DNA of 64,000 bases from Pecten maximus (Eukaryota): NCBI RefSeq assembly GCF_902652985.1, contig NC_047025.1:6572001-6636000 (forward strand), in the 5' to 3' direction. Within the stretch, counting starts at the first letter, position 1, and the number at the start of each line of letters is the position of its first letter. Positions 11,440 to 23,593 of the stretch are shown one piece after another. Under the pieces are notes generated by a model. It was given only the letters and a program-made list of their open reading frames with translations. It did no database searches and was not told the DNA's origin. A program made the translations under genes and the position numbers.

Positions 11440-13810
11440 GTGAATAAAGTTTAAAATGGTGATAGAGCTGTTAATCATAGAACTGAACAAAACAAACTGG
11501 TAGAACGAGGTCAAGGTCAACAGAGGTATATCCCTCCTAAAGGTTATGTCAAAAAGGGAAAAAGTACATGTGATTGACACATACATAGATTGAATATTAA
11601 AAGTGGTCATACAGACATGGTGGACGCGAGCAGTTCAGGAAAGAATGACGAATGGTTAGTGAAACTGAAAATCAAAGTAGTTAGATTTAAGATAGACAAT
11701 GGGGCATAGTATACAATCTTGCATAGCCACAGATGCAAATGAAAATGGAAAATGTCAAAAAAGGAAATACAAGATGTTGGTAGGTTAGTGGTACAGCGTA
11801 AATATAGGAATAAATACGACATACTAGATTGCCATTTGCAGTTGCCTGTTATCGGACTTGCATCAAGTCGAGTTAAATCTGATAAAGAGCGGTTAAGAGA
11901 GTTGATGTACTAATCAGAAACAACACCAGACACTTATAGATAATTATATTCTAAACGAATAAAAAATATTTAATTCCAGAAGCATCACATTAAAATCGAC
12001 CAAACAGTGAAACCGGTCTTTATCAATGGTGGAGGAAAATCGAACAATAAACTCCAGATCAATATCAACCTCAAATATCAAAGTTACTGGTGGTAAATAC
12101 CTTTTCAGACTTTGACGCAGAGTAAGGGCTCTAGCTGATTTAGCTAGATGAGCTAAGCAGCAAATTGTGCACATTAAACACCTTTTGACAGTCTCTCAGC
12201 GTACCATTTCGTATTTTAAGTTTTTTCGAGGGCTATAACAGACATTTTAAAAGACCCTTTGAGGATGTCGAAACCATCGTGTATGATACTCTCATATGGG
12301 GCGCACCTGGAGAGCAAACGTACTAGGCTACGTCAAATCTTCTATAGAACTGAAAAAGCTAACGGAAACCTTAACGAGTTCGGTAACAGTTAACATTATT
12401 GGCAATACACTCAGCACTCAGGGTTTGAACCCGGATGACGAGAAAGTGAAAGTCATTCAAGAAATATCTGCATTAACCAGAGTACAAGTCAGCATTGAAT
12501 AGACTCTTGGGTAGGGTACAATAGATTGTACAAAACATTATGCAGATACTGAATAGAAGATGGTGGTAATATTCGGAACTAGCATTAGTAAAACTACAAT
12601 CCGATCGCAAACCTTATAGTGAGGAAACCACTATACTTAGCACCTAGCCGACTAAAAATGCTGCTGACGATACAAGCTTATGATTTTGATATACACTAAG
12701 TGCCAGGAATAAAGAACTTCGTGTAGCCGATGCTTTAAGTACTAATGTTCTTGCCTGAAACACGACAAACCTGGAAGAGGACTACATTGTACGTAAGTTT
12801 TGGTGTGTCAGAAAGTCCAGCAGTAAACAAAACTACCGCTGACATTGAGCGTTTCGCTAATAAATGGTTCTCTTTAGATTGCCAACCGAGAGGTGTGATG
12901 TTCTGCCATCAGCATTAGATTCATAGTATTTTCGGGACAAGCTTATTGTATGATGTAGTAGGATTTAAAACTTGAAAGGCCTGTTACTCCATTCGCATTA
13001 AGATGTTTTTGCTTAGGAAAAAAAACATGAATTTCATCTAGGAGTAAAAGAAGTGCAGACAAATGGTAGATGCAAGATATCTTTAATTTAGTGTTCATTG
13101 TGCAAAAAGGATGAGCCAGCCGTAAGAGCAACTAACACGGCATGAGCTCGAGGTTCCAACAAGACAATGTTGTACAGTAGGTGGTGATTTGTGTTAGCAA
13201 GATGGTGATCATTACTTAGTGTTGGTAGAATTATTTAAAGTGTCTATGTTTATGGATAACAGGAGGAAGACTCCAAAAATCAACTGCAAATCAGTCTGGA
13301 CGTTATATACATGGGATACAAGATCTATGATTGCAAACGGTCCTCAGTTTGTCACTAATTTTGGAAATTTATAAAGGAGTTTGTGATCGAACACAGACTA
13401 TTCAGTGAGTCCTATTGTTCCAAAACCCAAAGGCCGAGACAGCAGTGAAAAAAATATTAAATGGACGTAATGCATAACTGTCAATATTGATCCTCAGCAA
13501 TGCACCGTTAGACTTGGAGCTAGCTAAGATTACCTGTGCAATGAATCATGGGTCGCAGAACAAGAACCCAGTTACCAACAATTGAAACCAAACCTAGCTC
13601 TACAAGTAAAACAAGTAAAGGGAAATCTTGACAGTAAAAGGCCGTCGAAAAACAATATCTCGACAATACGCAAGGGAAACAACTCCATTTGAAATCTGAC
13701 AAAATGATAGGGTCCGAATCCAACTTGGAAATTCTCACTTGGTACCCGGACGCGTACGTAGTTTCTAAGGATTCCTCATCGTGCTCATACATTGTGAAAT
13801 CAAATGACAG
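11440..13810 (+). mobile_element. Degenerate Ty3/Gypsy LTR retrotransposon pol remnant (copy B)
   Basis: Broken motifs in Gypsy order: protease VRFKIDNGA (~11680-11705), RT CTLNT/PF and EDVETIVYDTLIWG (~12165-12300), RNase H YDFDI..VADALS (~12680-12740), integrase NGPQF (~13337) and MGRRTRTQLP (~13548-13580). Many stops and frameshifts. Confidence 0.8.
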
Positions 13811-16795
13811 CACTTCTCTACATTATATATACATGTAAGCCTATTCAGAGACAAATTACGTGGGTATACAGTATATCGTGGACGACATGTCAAAACATAT
13901 ATACCAATTAAAATGGTAAACATTCTGGGAATTATATGAATTATGTGAACATTCACATGTATAACATAAAAGCGTTATGTAATATCTATTGTTTATTCCA
14001 TATTTCTTTTCGTGTTAAGTGAAAGTTCAAGTCTATCATAAATGCCTGAATGATCCCCATGCGGTCGTTTGCGAGGTTCCATAATAATGAATGATGTTGT
14101 TCTCTTCCTTTAGCGGAAACAATTTTAAAAATGTATTTATTTGGTTATGTGTGCCCTCGAGCACGACGAACCCGGCAAGACGACAATTGACTATACATGA
14201 TATGAGGACTTTCCTTAGATAACATTATCTTAATGAAATTATTTTCTGCTTCAATGTATACAAAGCATAGATCTACCTACAGGATATAATTCACTGAGAA
14301 ACACAAAAGTCTCAACTATTTCTGTATTTTGTTGATAGAATATATAGCTTCCTGCTCGTATATCATTCTGATCTAAGAGCTACTTCCCTTCCTGTCACTC
14401 TGTAAGTTCATTACATGCTTAACTTGACACGCCAACGTTGATAAAAATAATTGTGTCTCAAAGTCAATGAATTATAGACCACCTCACAAAAATGATATAT
14501 TCAGCACCAGCAGTATATGCTATTAGAACACGATTTAACACACAGTCAATTTATAACAAGGAAGATCAAGAACTACATGAACAGAGGCACATTGTGGTCC
14601 GCGATGGAAATGTATTACATTTTGTGTTATGTATTATCATTTAACCATTATTCGTATACGTGATGGTATAACACTATACATTACACTGTAGGACACACAG
14701 GTCATTTCGATCACAATTCTTTTCAAAGTATATCTTTTAGACTTTTTTTTGACATTTAACAGCATGCATACTGTATGTTAAATTAGATCTGTAGATAACA
14801 TTTCCTTATATCTCAATGTTAAATTAAGTTAATTTCAGTTCTCTTCTGTTACAACCTCCATGATCAAAGTATATCTCGCATATCTTCACTGGTGATCAAT
14901 CAGTCAAAAACTTAACTGTTTTGAACAATGTGTCGTTATATATTAAAATTCAGTTCTTCAAACCATTAAATACAGATTAGTTGGAGTCATCTTGATGATC
15001 TTTTCTTCACTGATTAATGAATGGTCCTACTAATTCCGACCCCTCACTGATTCATTGTTACAACTATTTTGCCTATTATACTAAAAAAGTAGAGAAATTG
15101 AGTTTGTTGATACATTGCCGCCTCAAAACAGTACCCAAATTAGTATCCATGGTTAAGTGCCTCTTATAAACCAGCCATCACCCTTCTCACCTTCCTGTAG
15201 AGGGGGCTTTCAAATCAGTACAATAAGAACTAGTACTGCCTTTCAGTGTCGGAGGATTATATTTTAATTTCAATTCATAACAGTGTAACAGGGAAAATAA
15301 TTCGGCTTTAGCTTCAGAATTACGCTTGATAGGCAGGTAACACGTCAAAGGATCAACGGTTGAGTATCTGTCCTGAAATTATAGAAAATAAATTAATACT
15401 TGTATATATCAACTATTGTCATATTCTGGGAGGTGAACGGATAGTACGACAGTTTATCAAAAGTTTGGTTTGTGAAACAAATGGTTTACCTTATTCTCTT
15501 CATTAATCAAAGCCGTGCAAACTGAGCGGATATCTAAATTGTATTGACCTTTTTGTGCCCTAATTTTATCGTTACTTTAAACATATCAGCTTTTTGTGTA
15601 TGTAGAAACCGTACAAAGTACACTCATGTTTTAGTTTCCAATGCAAAAAAAAAAAAAACAAAAAACAACAAAACAAAAAACAAGCTAGAATGTTTCAATG
15701 GTTACTTTCTAAGAGAGGTATAGTGATAGATACAATGTCCCATAAAAAAATTATCTATACAGATTAAACTTGTTTACTCAGCTGACGGCCAACTGACAAC
15801 CAGCCGAGGAACAGCTAATAATTGCCATAAAATAAGTTAATGCTTGACAACAATAACCTGTTATTATGTAAATATAATATTAGTGGAGAAATATAACCAT
15901 CAGATGGCAAAATGAAGGCGTGCCACAGAATCTGACAATGCCAGGAATTAAATGATTTGTTGACTACCAAGATGAAATCGACATAATTTTACATAGTTGC
16001 ATTATTGATGACTTAACAATTGAATTATCTTATTAGAAATTAAACACTAATCTTATTGATAACATACAATCCTATAGACGTCTCATGTTTTCAAAATAGA
16101 ATCAAAAGAGCACTTTGACAAATTCTATGCATAAAGCTCCTTAAAGTTCCTTAACTGTACACTTCATCTGCTCAAACGATATTTCTGACGCATTTTGACA
16201 GAGAGTAAAGGAAGTTACGTATATTTTGATCTTCCAAGATATAATTTGTTTCATATATATGAATACTGTAAATCTACATTTCTTGGTGCACACAAATTTT
16301 CGCGCTGAGTCATCAATGAAAAGATTAGTGCGTTAAGGATTCAATCCACAACATGCTTGTCGTGGAAAGTAATATAAAGCAAGTAAGTATTATTTGCCCT
16401 ATACTAGGTAAGAAGAATATTTTCAGCGGAAGACGCTAAAATAAGGTTACCGCTAAAATATGGACGCGTACAGGATTTCAACGCCTTATTCCCATATTGT
16501 CTATACAGTCGTGTAATTCGTTAAGACAAACGCCTCATTACCAGGAAAAGTATCCTTGAGAAATTGATACAGTTGGTTTAACTTTGTTAGCTACTCTTCA
16601 AAAAACATAGAAAATAACCACTTTAAAACGAAACTGCAAAAACTAGAAAACTAAGGCCAAAATGCCAAAAATACAATAACAAAATATAGATTTGCATGAG
16701 ACATTTGACAATGTCCAAGGAGAATAAGATGAGAGGTTCCGGAATGAAAAGCGTTGAGAAGAAGAGCGATAAAGATATCAGAGACTGTTTTACCT

Positions 16796-18402
16796 CTAAT
16801 GAGCTCCGCCATGGGGAGGATGGGTAGGATGAGGTGGATGGGTAAACATTCCATGGTTGTGTCCATGGCCCTCACAGCGACAGGTCTCGTCGTAACAGTG
16901 TCTTAGACTGTTATCACAGTCCATGGAAACAGAGTCCATCTGACAATCAGCTCTGGCAGTACAATCTGCAATAATAATGGAAACATTTCAAGATCAGCAA
17001 GCATTCCCCTACACTGAATGGCTATAATCAAAGTGTACAGGATATAAACATTTAAAAAAAAATCATTTGGTCATGAAAATTGCCTTAATGATTAGGAGAA
17101 GTACAGCAATATTAACGGTACTTATTATACAGCCAATCGTGGTCATGGAATATCGATATATGACATGTTATGTCACAAAAGATACAAAACATTAATAATT
17201 TTGTTGATATCTGTCAAAGTATCAAAAAGAACATATAGAAATATTTATAAGCTATCGCATAATCTGAGGCTGCAACACTTGTGCTGCGTATATTCCAAGG
17301 ATGATAATTACAGAAAGGAAACTCTTAATGTATTCGTGATAGTCATTTTTTGCACCTTTTGATTATTTAAACGTGATACGAATATGAAGCAGAAATTCGG
17401 AATTAAATGAATGTTTAAAAGTTTACATATATCTGTTTGTTAGCTTTTTTGACATTAACATAAAAAGGAGACTTACTGAGATACATACAAAGTATACTTA
17501 CTAATTTTGTCCATATCGCCGTGAATGCACGTGCACAAGTGGTTACCAGAGATCGCGACACATTCGATCATACCGCTTTGACAAGTAGTGTCTGCACAAT
17601 CAGTCTTGCTCTTGCAAATCTCGCCGTACACAACAGCCGCTAGAAACAGGTGAAAATAGTAATTAGTAATGCCGTCATAATGACAAACAATAACCAATTC
17701 CTCTACTTTTGGCCCTAAGAGTTTAAGATATGTTAATAGTAATGCGATTTCAAGTCAAATGTTAAGGACAATTCCTTACAATGAATCATTTGAGTTTGCC
17801 ATGCTGGATCTCGTCGCAAATCTTGGTAAAACAAAACAAAAAATAGTTCAAATATTTAAGACAATGACGAGTACAATAATGTACATGCTAGAAGTCTAAC
17901 TATATATGTTAAGACACCGATTTTATGTTGAAGAAGTCGAATGAATAACGTAATTCTTCCGTAGTCTTGGTTGATTGGCAATATCTATACTTTGGGCAAC
18001 GATTAAGCACCAAAGTGATATATTAAACATTATGTCGGTTTCCCGCTGTAGGAATTGCCCAATAGACACACGAGGTATGAACATCTCACAGTAGAAGTTG
18101 ATCGTTAGATGGATTAAAACCAAAATGTTTTGTTTCAATACTGAGTTTTAAATGAACGGCATGTGAAATGAATTAGAATGTGTCAAGCTGGTTATGGTAA
18201 TCGTCGGTGACTAAAGTCTACCAGCTGTGTCTACCAACTGCAATCCCAGAAAGGTGTATCCAAGATATCAGCACTCTTCAGTAGAAGTTGAGAGTTAGGT
18301 ACAGTAAAGCGAAAAATAATAATAATTAATTAAATGATAATTGGAAACAATTTTACACTTACCCAAGAGGCCTACAAAAACTAAAGCGAAGGTGGAGTTC
18401 AT
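16796..18402 (-). CDS. Secreted 12-Cys peptide with His/Pro tail, Cvsi/I84-like, copy 3 (115 aa, inverted)
   Basis: Exons 18402-18363, 17639-17502, 16965-16796; GT-AG; frame intact. Confidence 0.85.
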
Positions 18403-18594
18403 TGTCTGTCCGAGGTCTGTAAGATCTGGTGTATAGTACGACTGACCTATGGTCGTATATATACCAGTCTGCTGACCTGAAGTTACTCAATATCATCACG
18501 ATAGTCTACCATGGACGCTGTCTTTGATCGTGGCTGATTGTCACGTTAAGAAAATCACGTGACGTATAACCTTATCGAGTGTTATACTTCAAAT

Positions 18595-19630
18595 CTGCAA
18601 ATGTTTTATACAATTTATTGTACCCTGCCCAAGAGCCTAATCAATGCTGTCTTGTACTCGTACTTGTACTGAGTGCTGAGTGAATTGCCAATGTAGATAA
18701 CTGTTATCGAACTCGTTGAGATTTACGTTAGCTTCTTTTCAGTTCTATAGAAGATTTAACGTAGATTAGTACAGGTTTGCTCTTATGAGAGTATCATATG
18801 TCTTTTAAAATATCTGTTATAGTCCTTCAAAAAACCTGAAATAAGAAATGGTACGCTGAGAAACTTATAACATCCAAACGGTCGTTAAATGTTCACAAAT
18901 TGCTGCTTACTTCATCTAGCTGAATCTGTCAGAGCCCCGAGTCTGTGTCAATTTCTGAAAAGGTATCTAAAACCAATAACTTTGATATTTGGGGTTGATA
19001 CAGATCTGGAGTTGAGTTTATTGTTAAACCAGTTTTACTGTTAGGTCGATCCAACGTGAAGTTTATAGAATTAACTATCTCGTTATTTCATTCGTTTAGA
19101 ATATAAGTGTGTTGCGTTGTTTCTGATTAGACTACAGCAACTCTCTTTACCGCTGTTTACTAGATTTAACTCTTGACTTGATGCAAGTCCGATATCAGGC
19201 AACGACAAATGACAATCTAGTATATCGTACTTATTGCTGTATTCACTAACCTTTCAACAGTTTGTATTGACTTTGGTGACATTTTCCATTATTTATTTTC
19301 ATTTGCACCTGTGGCTATGTAAGATCTCATACCTTGCCCCACTGTCTATCTTCAATCTAACTACTTTGATTATTGGGTTCACAAACCATTTGTAATCCTT
19401 TCCTGAAGTGCTCGCGTCCACTTTGTCTATATGACCAGTTCCGATAAAGAATTACTTTTAATATTCAAACTATGTATGTGTCGATCAACCGTACTCTTTA
19501 CCTTTTTGGCTTAGCATTTAGGAGGGTTGTACCTTTGTTGACCTTGACCTCGTCCTACCAGTTTGTTTTGTTCAGTTCTATGATTTATACATCTATCATC
19601 AATTTAAACTTTATTTTAGAATTGCAGAAT
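18595..19630 (-). mobile_element. Partial Gypsy remnant (copy C, protease-RT part)
   Basis: Reverse-complement similarity to ~11460-12545 and direct similarity to ~6640-7770. Confidence 0.7.
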
Positions 19631-19987
19631 AAGTTAATAGTATTTTTTTCATTCTGTGAATAAAAATTGTGATAATAATAAAAAAAAAAAAAAAACTGAA
19701 AATAGTTTGAAATGGAAGCTCGTCTGCATAAAAAGGATATCAAAAGTATAGAAAGAAAGGGGACAGTTAAATATTTGTAAATTGGTATGGTCAACAATAC
19801 AGGTAAAACACTCGATAAGGTAATACGTCACGTAAATTTACTTAACGTGACCATTAGCCACGATCAAAGACAGCGTCCATGGTAGACTATCGTGATGATA
19901 TTGAGTAATTTCGGTCAGCAGACTGGTATATATACGACCATAGGTCAGTCGTACTGTACACCAGATCTTACAGACCTCGGACAGACA

Positions 19988-21508
19988 ATGAATTCCACCT
20001 TCGCTTTAGTTCTTGTAGGCCTCTTGGGTAAGTTTAAATTATTTCCAATTATCATTTAATTTCTGATTATTATTTTCAGCTCTGCTGTACCTAACTCTCA
20101 ACTTCTACTGAAGTGTGCTATTATATTGTTTTTACTATGTCCTGCTTGAATATTCAACTCATTTCAACTGTCGTACATTTAAAACAAGAAAACATTTTGG
20201 CTCTAATCCATCTTAACGATCCAATTCTACTGAGAGATGTTAATATCTTGTTTGTCTTTTGGACAATTACTACAGCTCTGAAGTTTCAAGAAACTAACAT
20301 ATTGTTTAATATAACACTTTGTTGCTTAGTCATTGCTCAAAGAATATTGCCAATCAGTCAAGACTACGGAAGATGTCAAAGAATCACAATATTGATTCGA
20401 CTTCTTAATTACTTGATACAATACAGACTTCTTGAACCTAATAACGTTGTCATTAGCTTATACAGTCAGAATTCTATCATGTAAATTATTTCATTCGTCA
20501 TTGTCTTAAATATTTGGACTATTTTTTTTTTTTTTTATCGAGATTTGCGACGAGATCCAGCATGACAAACTCAAATGATTCATTGTAAAGAATTGTTCCT
20601 AGCATTTGACTTGAAATCGCATTACTATTAACATATCTTAAACTCTTAGGGCCAAAAGTAGAGGAATTGATTATTGTTTGTCATTATGACGGCATTACTA
20701 AAATCGCCTTATTTTCACCTATTTCTAGCGGCTGTTGTGTACGGCGAGATTTGCAAGAGCAAGACTGATTGTGCAGACACTACTTGTCAAAGCGGTATGA
20801 TCGAATGTGTCGCGATCTCTGGTAACCACTTGTGCACGTGCATTCACGGCGATATGGACAAAATTAGTAAGTATACGTATAAGTTTGTACTCTACAAAAG
20901 AAGTAAAACGGTTTAAAAAGAAAAAAATACATGTTTAGCGTCATAACATTCATTTAATTTTCATAGCACGAATACATTAAGAGTTTCCTTTCTGTTATTA
21001 TCATCCTTGAAATATACACAGCACACGTGCTACAACCTCAGATTATACAATAGCTTGTATATATTTCTATATGTTCTGTCTGATATCTTGAAAAATATCA
21101 ACAAAATTGTTAATGTTTTGTATCTTTTGTAACAGAACATGTCATATATGGATATTCCATGACCACTATTGGCTGTATTATATCTACCGTTCATATTGTT
21201 AGACTTCTCCTTATTTTTAAGATATTTTTCATGATCAAATGATTTTTTAAAGTGTTTATATCCTGTACACTTTGATTATAGCCATTTAATATAGGGGAAT
21301 GCTTGCTGATCTTGAAATGTTTCCAATATTTCCTGCAGATTGTACTGCCAGAGCTGACTGTCAGATGGACTCTGTTTCCATGGACTGTGATAAAAGTCTT
21401 AGACACTGTTATGACGAGACATGTCGCTGTGAGGGTCATGGACACAACCATGGAATGTTTACCCATCCACCTCATCCAACCCACCCTCCCCATGGCGGAG
21501 CGCATTAG
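19988..21508 (+). CDS. Secreted 12-Cys peptide with His/Pro tail, Cvsi/I84-like, copy 4 (115 aa)
   Basis: Exons 19988-20027, 20729-20866, 21339-21508; GT-AG; frame intact. Confidence 0.85.
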
Positions 21509-23593
21509 AGGTAAAAAGTCCCAGATATCTTTATCACTCTTCTTCTCAACGCTTTCAATTCCGGAACCTCTCATCTTATTCTCCATGGACATTGTCAAAG
21601 GTCCAATGTAAATCTATATATTCTTATTGTATTTTTGGTATTTTGCTCTAGTTTTATATATCTTGAGATAGAATTGCTGTTTCGTCTTAAAGTGGATATT
21701 ATCTATGTCTTTTAAAAGAGTAGCTAACAAAGTTTACCACTGTTGCAATTTCTCAATGATACTTTTCCTGACAATGAGGCGCTTGTCTTAACGAATTACA
21801 CGACTGCATAGACAGTATGGGAAGAAGGCGTTGAAATCCTGTACACGTGCATAGTTTAGCGGTATCTTTCTTAAGCGTTTTTTCACACTGAAGACATTCC
21901 TCTAACCCAGGATTGGGCCTAATAATACTCACTGTCTTTATATTACTTTCCACGACAAGCATGTGGCGGGTGTATTCATTATCGCGTTAATCTTTTTTTA
22001 TTTTCGACTAAGCGCGAAAATTTGTGTCTACCAACAAATGTAGGTTTACAGTATTCATGTATATGACACAAATTTTATCTTGGAGGATCAAGATAAACGT
22101 TACTTTCCTTGCTCTCTGTCAGAACGCGTCAGAAATACAGTTTGAGCAGATGAAGTTTACCGTTAAGGAACCGGTTTGTGCATAGACCTTGTCAATGCAT
22201 TCTTTTAATACTATTTTGAAAACGTGAGACACCTATCACATTGTTTGTAATCATAATTATATTAGCGTTTAATTTCTAATGAAATAATTTAATTTCTAAA
22301 TGATCGATAATGTAGATATGAAAAACAATGTCGTGTTCGTCATTGGTAATCAACTGTTTTTTTCAATTCCTTGCGTTGTCAGATTCTGTGACACACATTT
22401 ATAAATCTTTGTTGGACCCTGTGTCATGTTAACAGATTGATGGTTATATTTCTCCACTAATATCATGGTTACAACAATTACATAATAACGTTATTATTGT
22501 CGAACGCTACCTTATTTGTATGGCAAAAATTTAATATTCCTCAGCTGGTCTTCAGCTGGTTGTCAGTTGACCGTCAACTGAGTAATCAAGTCGATTCAGT
22601 ATTGGACACTGTATTCATCACTTTATCTCTCTTAAAAAGTAACCATTTAAACATGCTTGCATGTTTTTACATTGGAAATCAAAACATGATTGTGCTAAGT
22701 ACGGTTTCTACATACTTTTTAAAAAGCTTATGTGATAAAAGTGCCGATAACATCAGGGCACAAACAAGCCAATTCAATGTATATATCCGATCAGTTTGCA
22801 CGGCATTTATTAATTTACAAAAATTAGACGAATCATTTGTTTCACAAAGTTAACTTTTGATATACAGTCATACTATCATCTCACCTGACAGAATATTATA
22901 ATCGTTGATGTATTATAACGAGTACTTCTTTGTTTTTTATAATTTCAGGACAAATACTTGCCTGTTGATCCGCTGAATTTTTATCCGCCAATCCAATGCA
23001 ATTTTGAAGCTATAGCCAAATTATTTTCCCTGTTATGAATTGAAATTAAAATGTATTTATTTATAACTTTTTATCTTTTTTTCATTTAACACGAGTTCTA
23101 TAATTCTCCGACACCGAATGGTAGTACCAGTACTAGTTGTATTTGTTTGTAAATATAAGTCCCCAATACAGGAAATTGAAAAAAGTGATGGCTGAATTAT
23201 AAAAGGCCCTCAACCACGTATAATAACTTTGAGATGACAATACATTAACATACTAAATTATAAATATTATTTTATTATCTCATATATTATACAGAACTAT
23301 CGAAAATACTTTGAACACAGAATCAGAGAACGGTCGAAATTAGTAAGACAATTCGTGGATTAGTGATGAGAAATAAATTCATAATGTGACCAAGATTCAA
23401 AATCAATTCATGTTTATTAAATTGCACCTGTCACTTGTTATCTTAAAACATGTAATTTTTTCTGGGAAACTCTGCCACCAATAAACATGTCCACGTGTTC
23501 ATCCGAATTCCTCTTCCAGACGAGGTAGCAGTGGATCAAATCAATTTCCTGTATCAAACTAATTTAAATAGTAGCTAGGTCATTATTTTTCCT

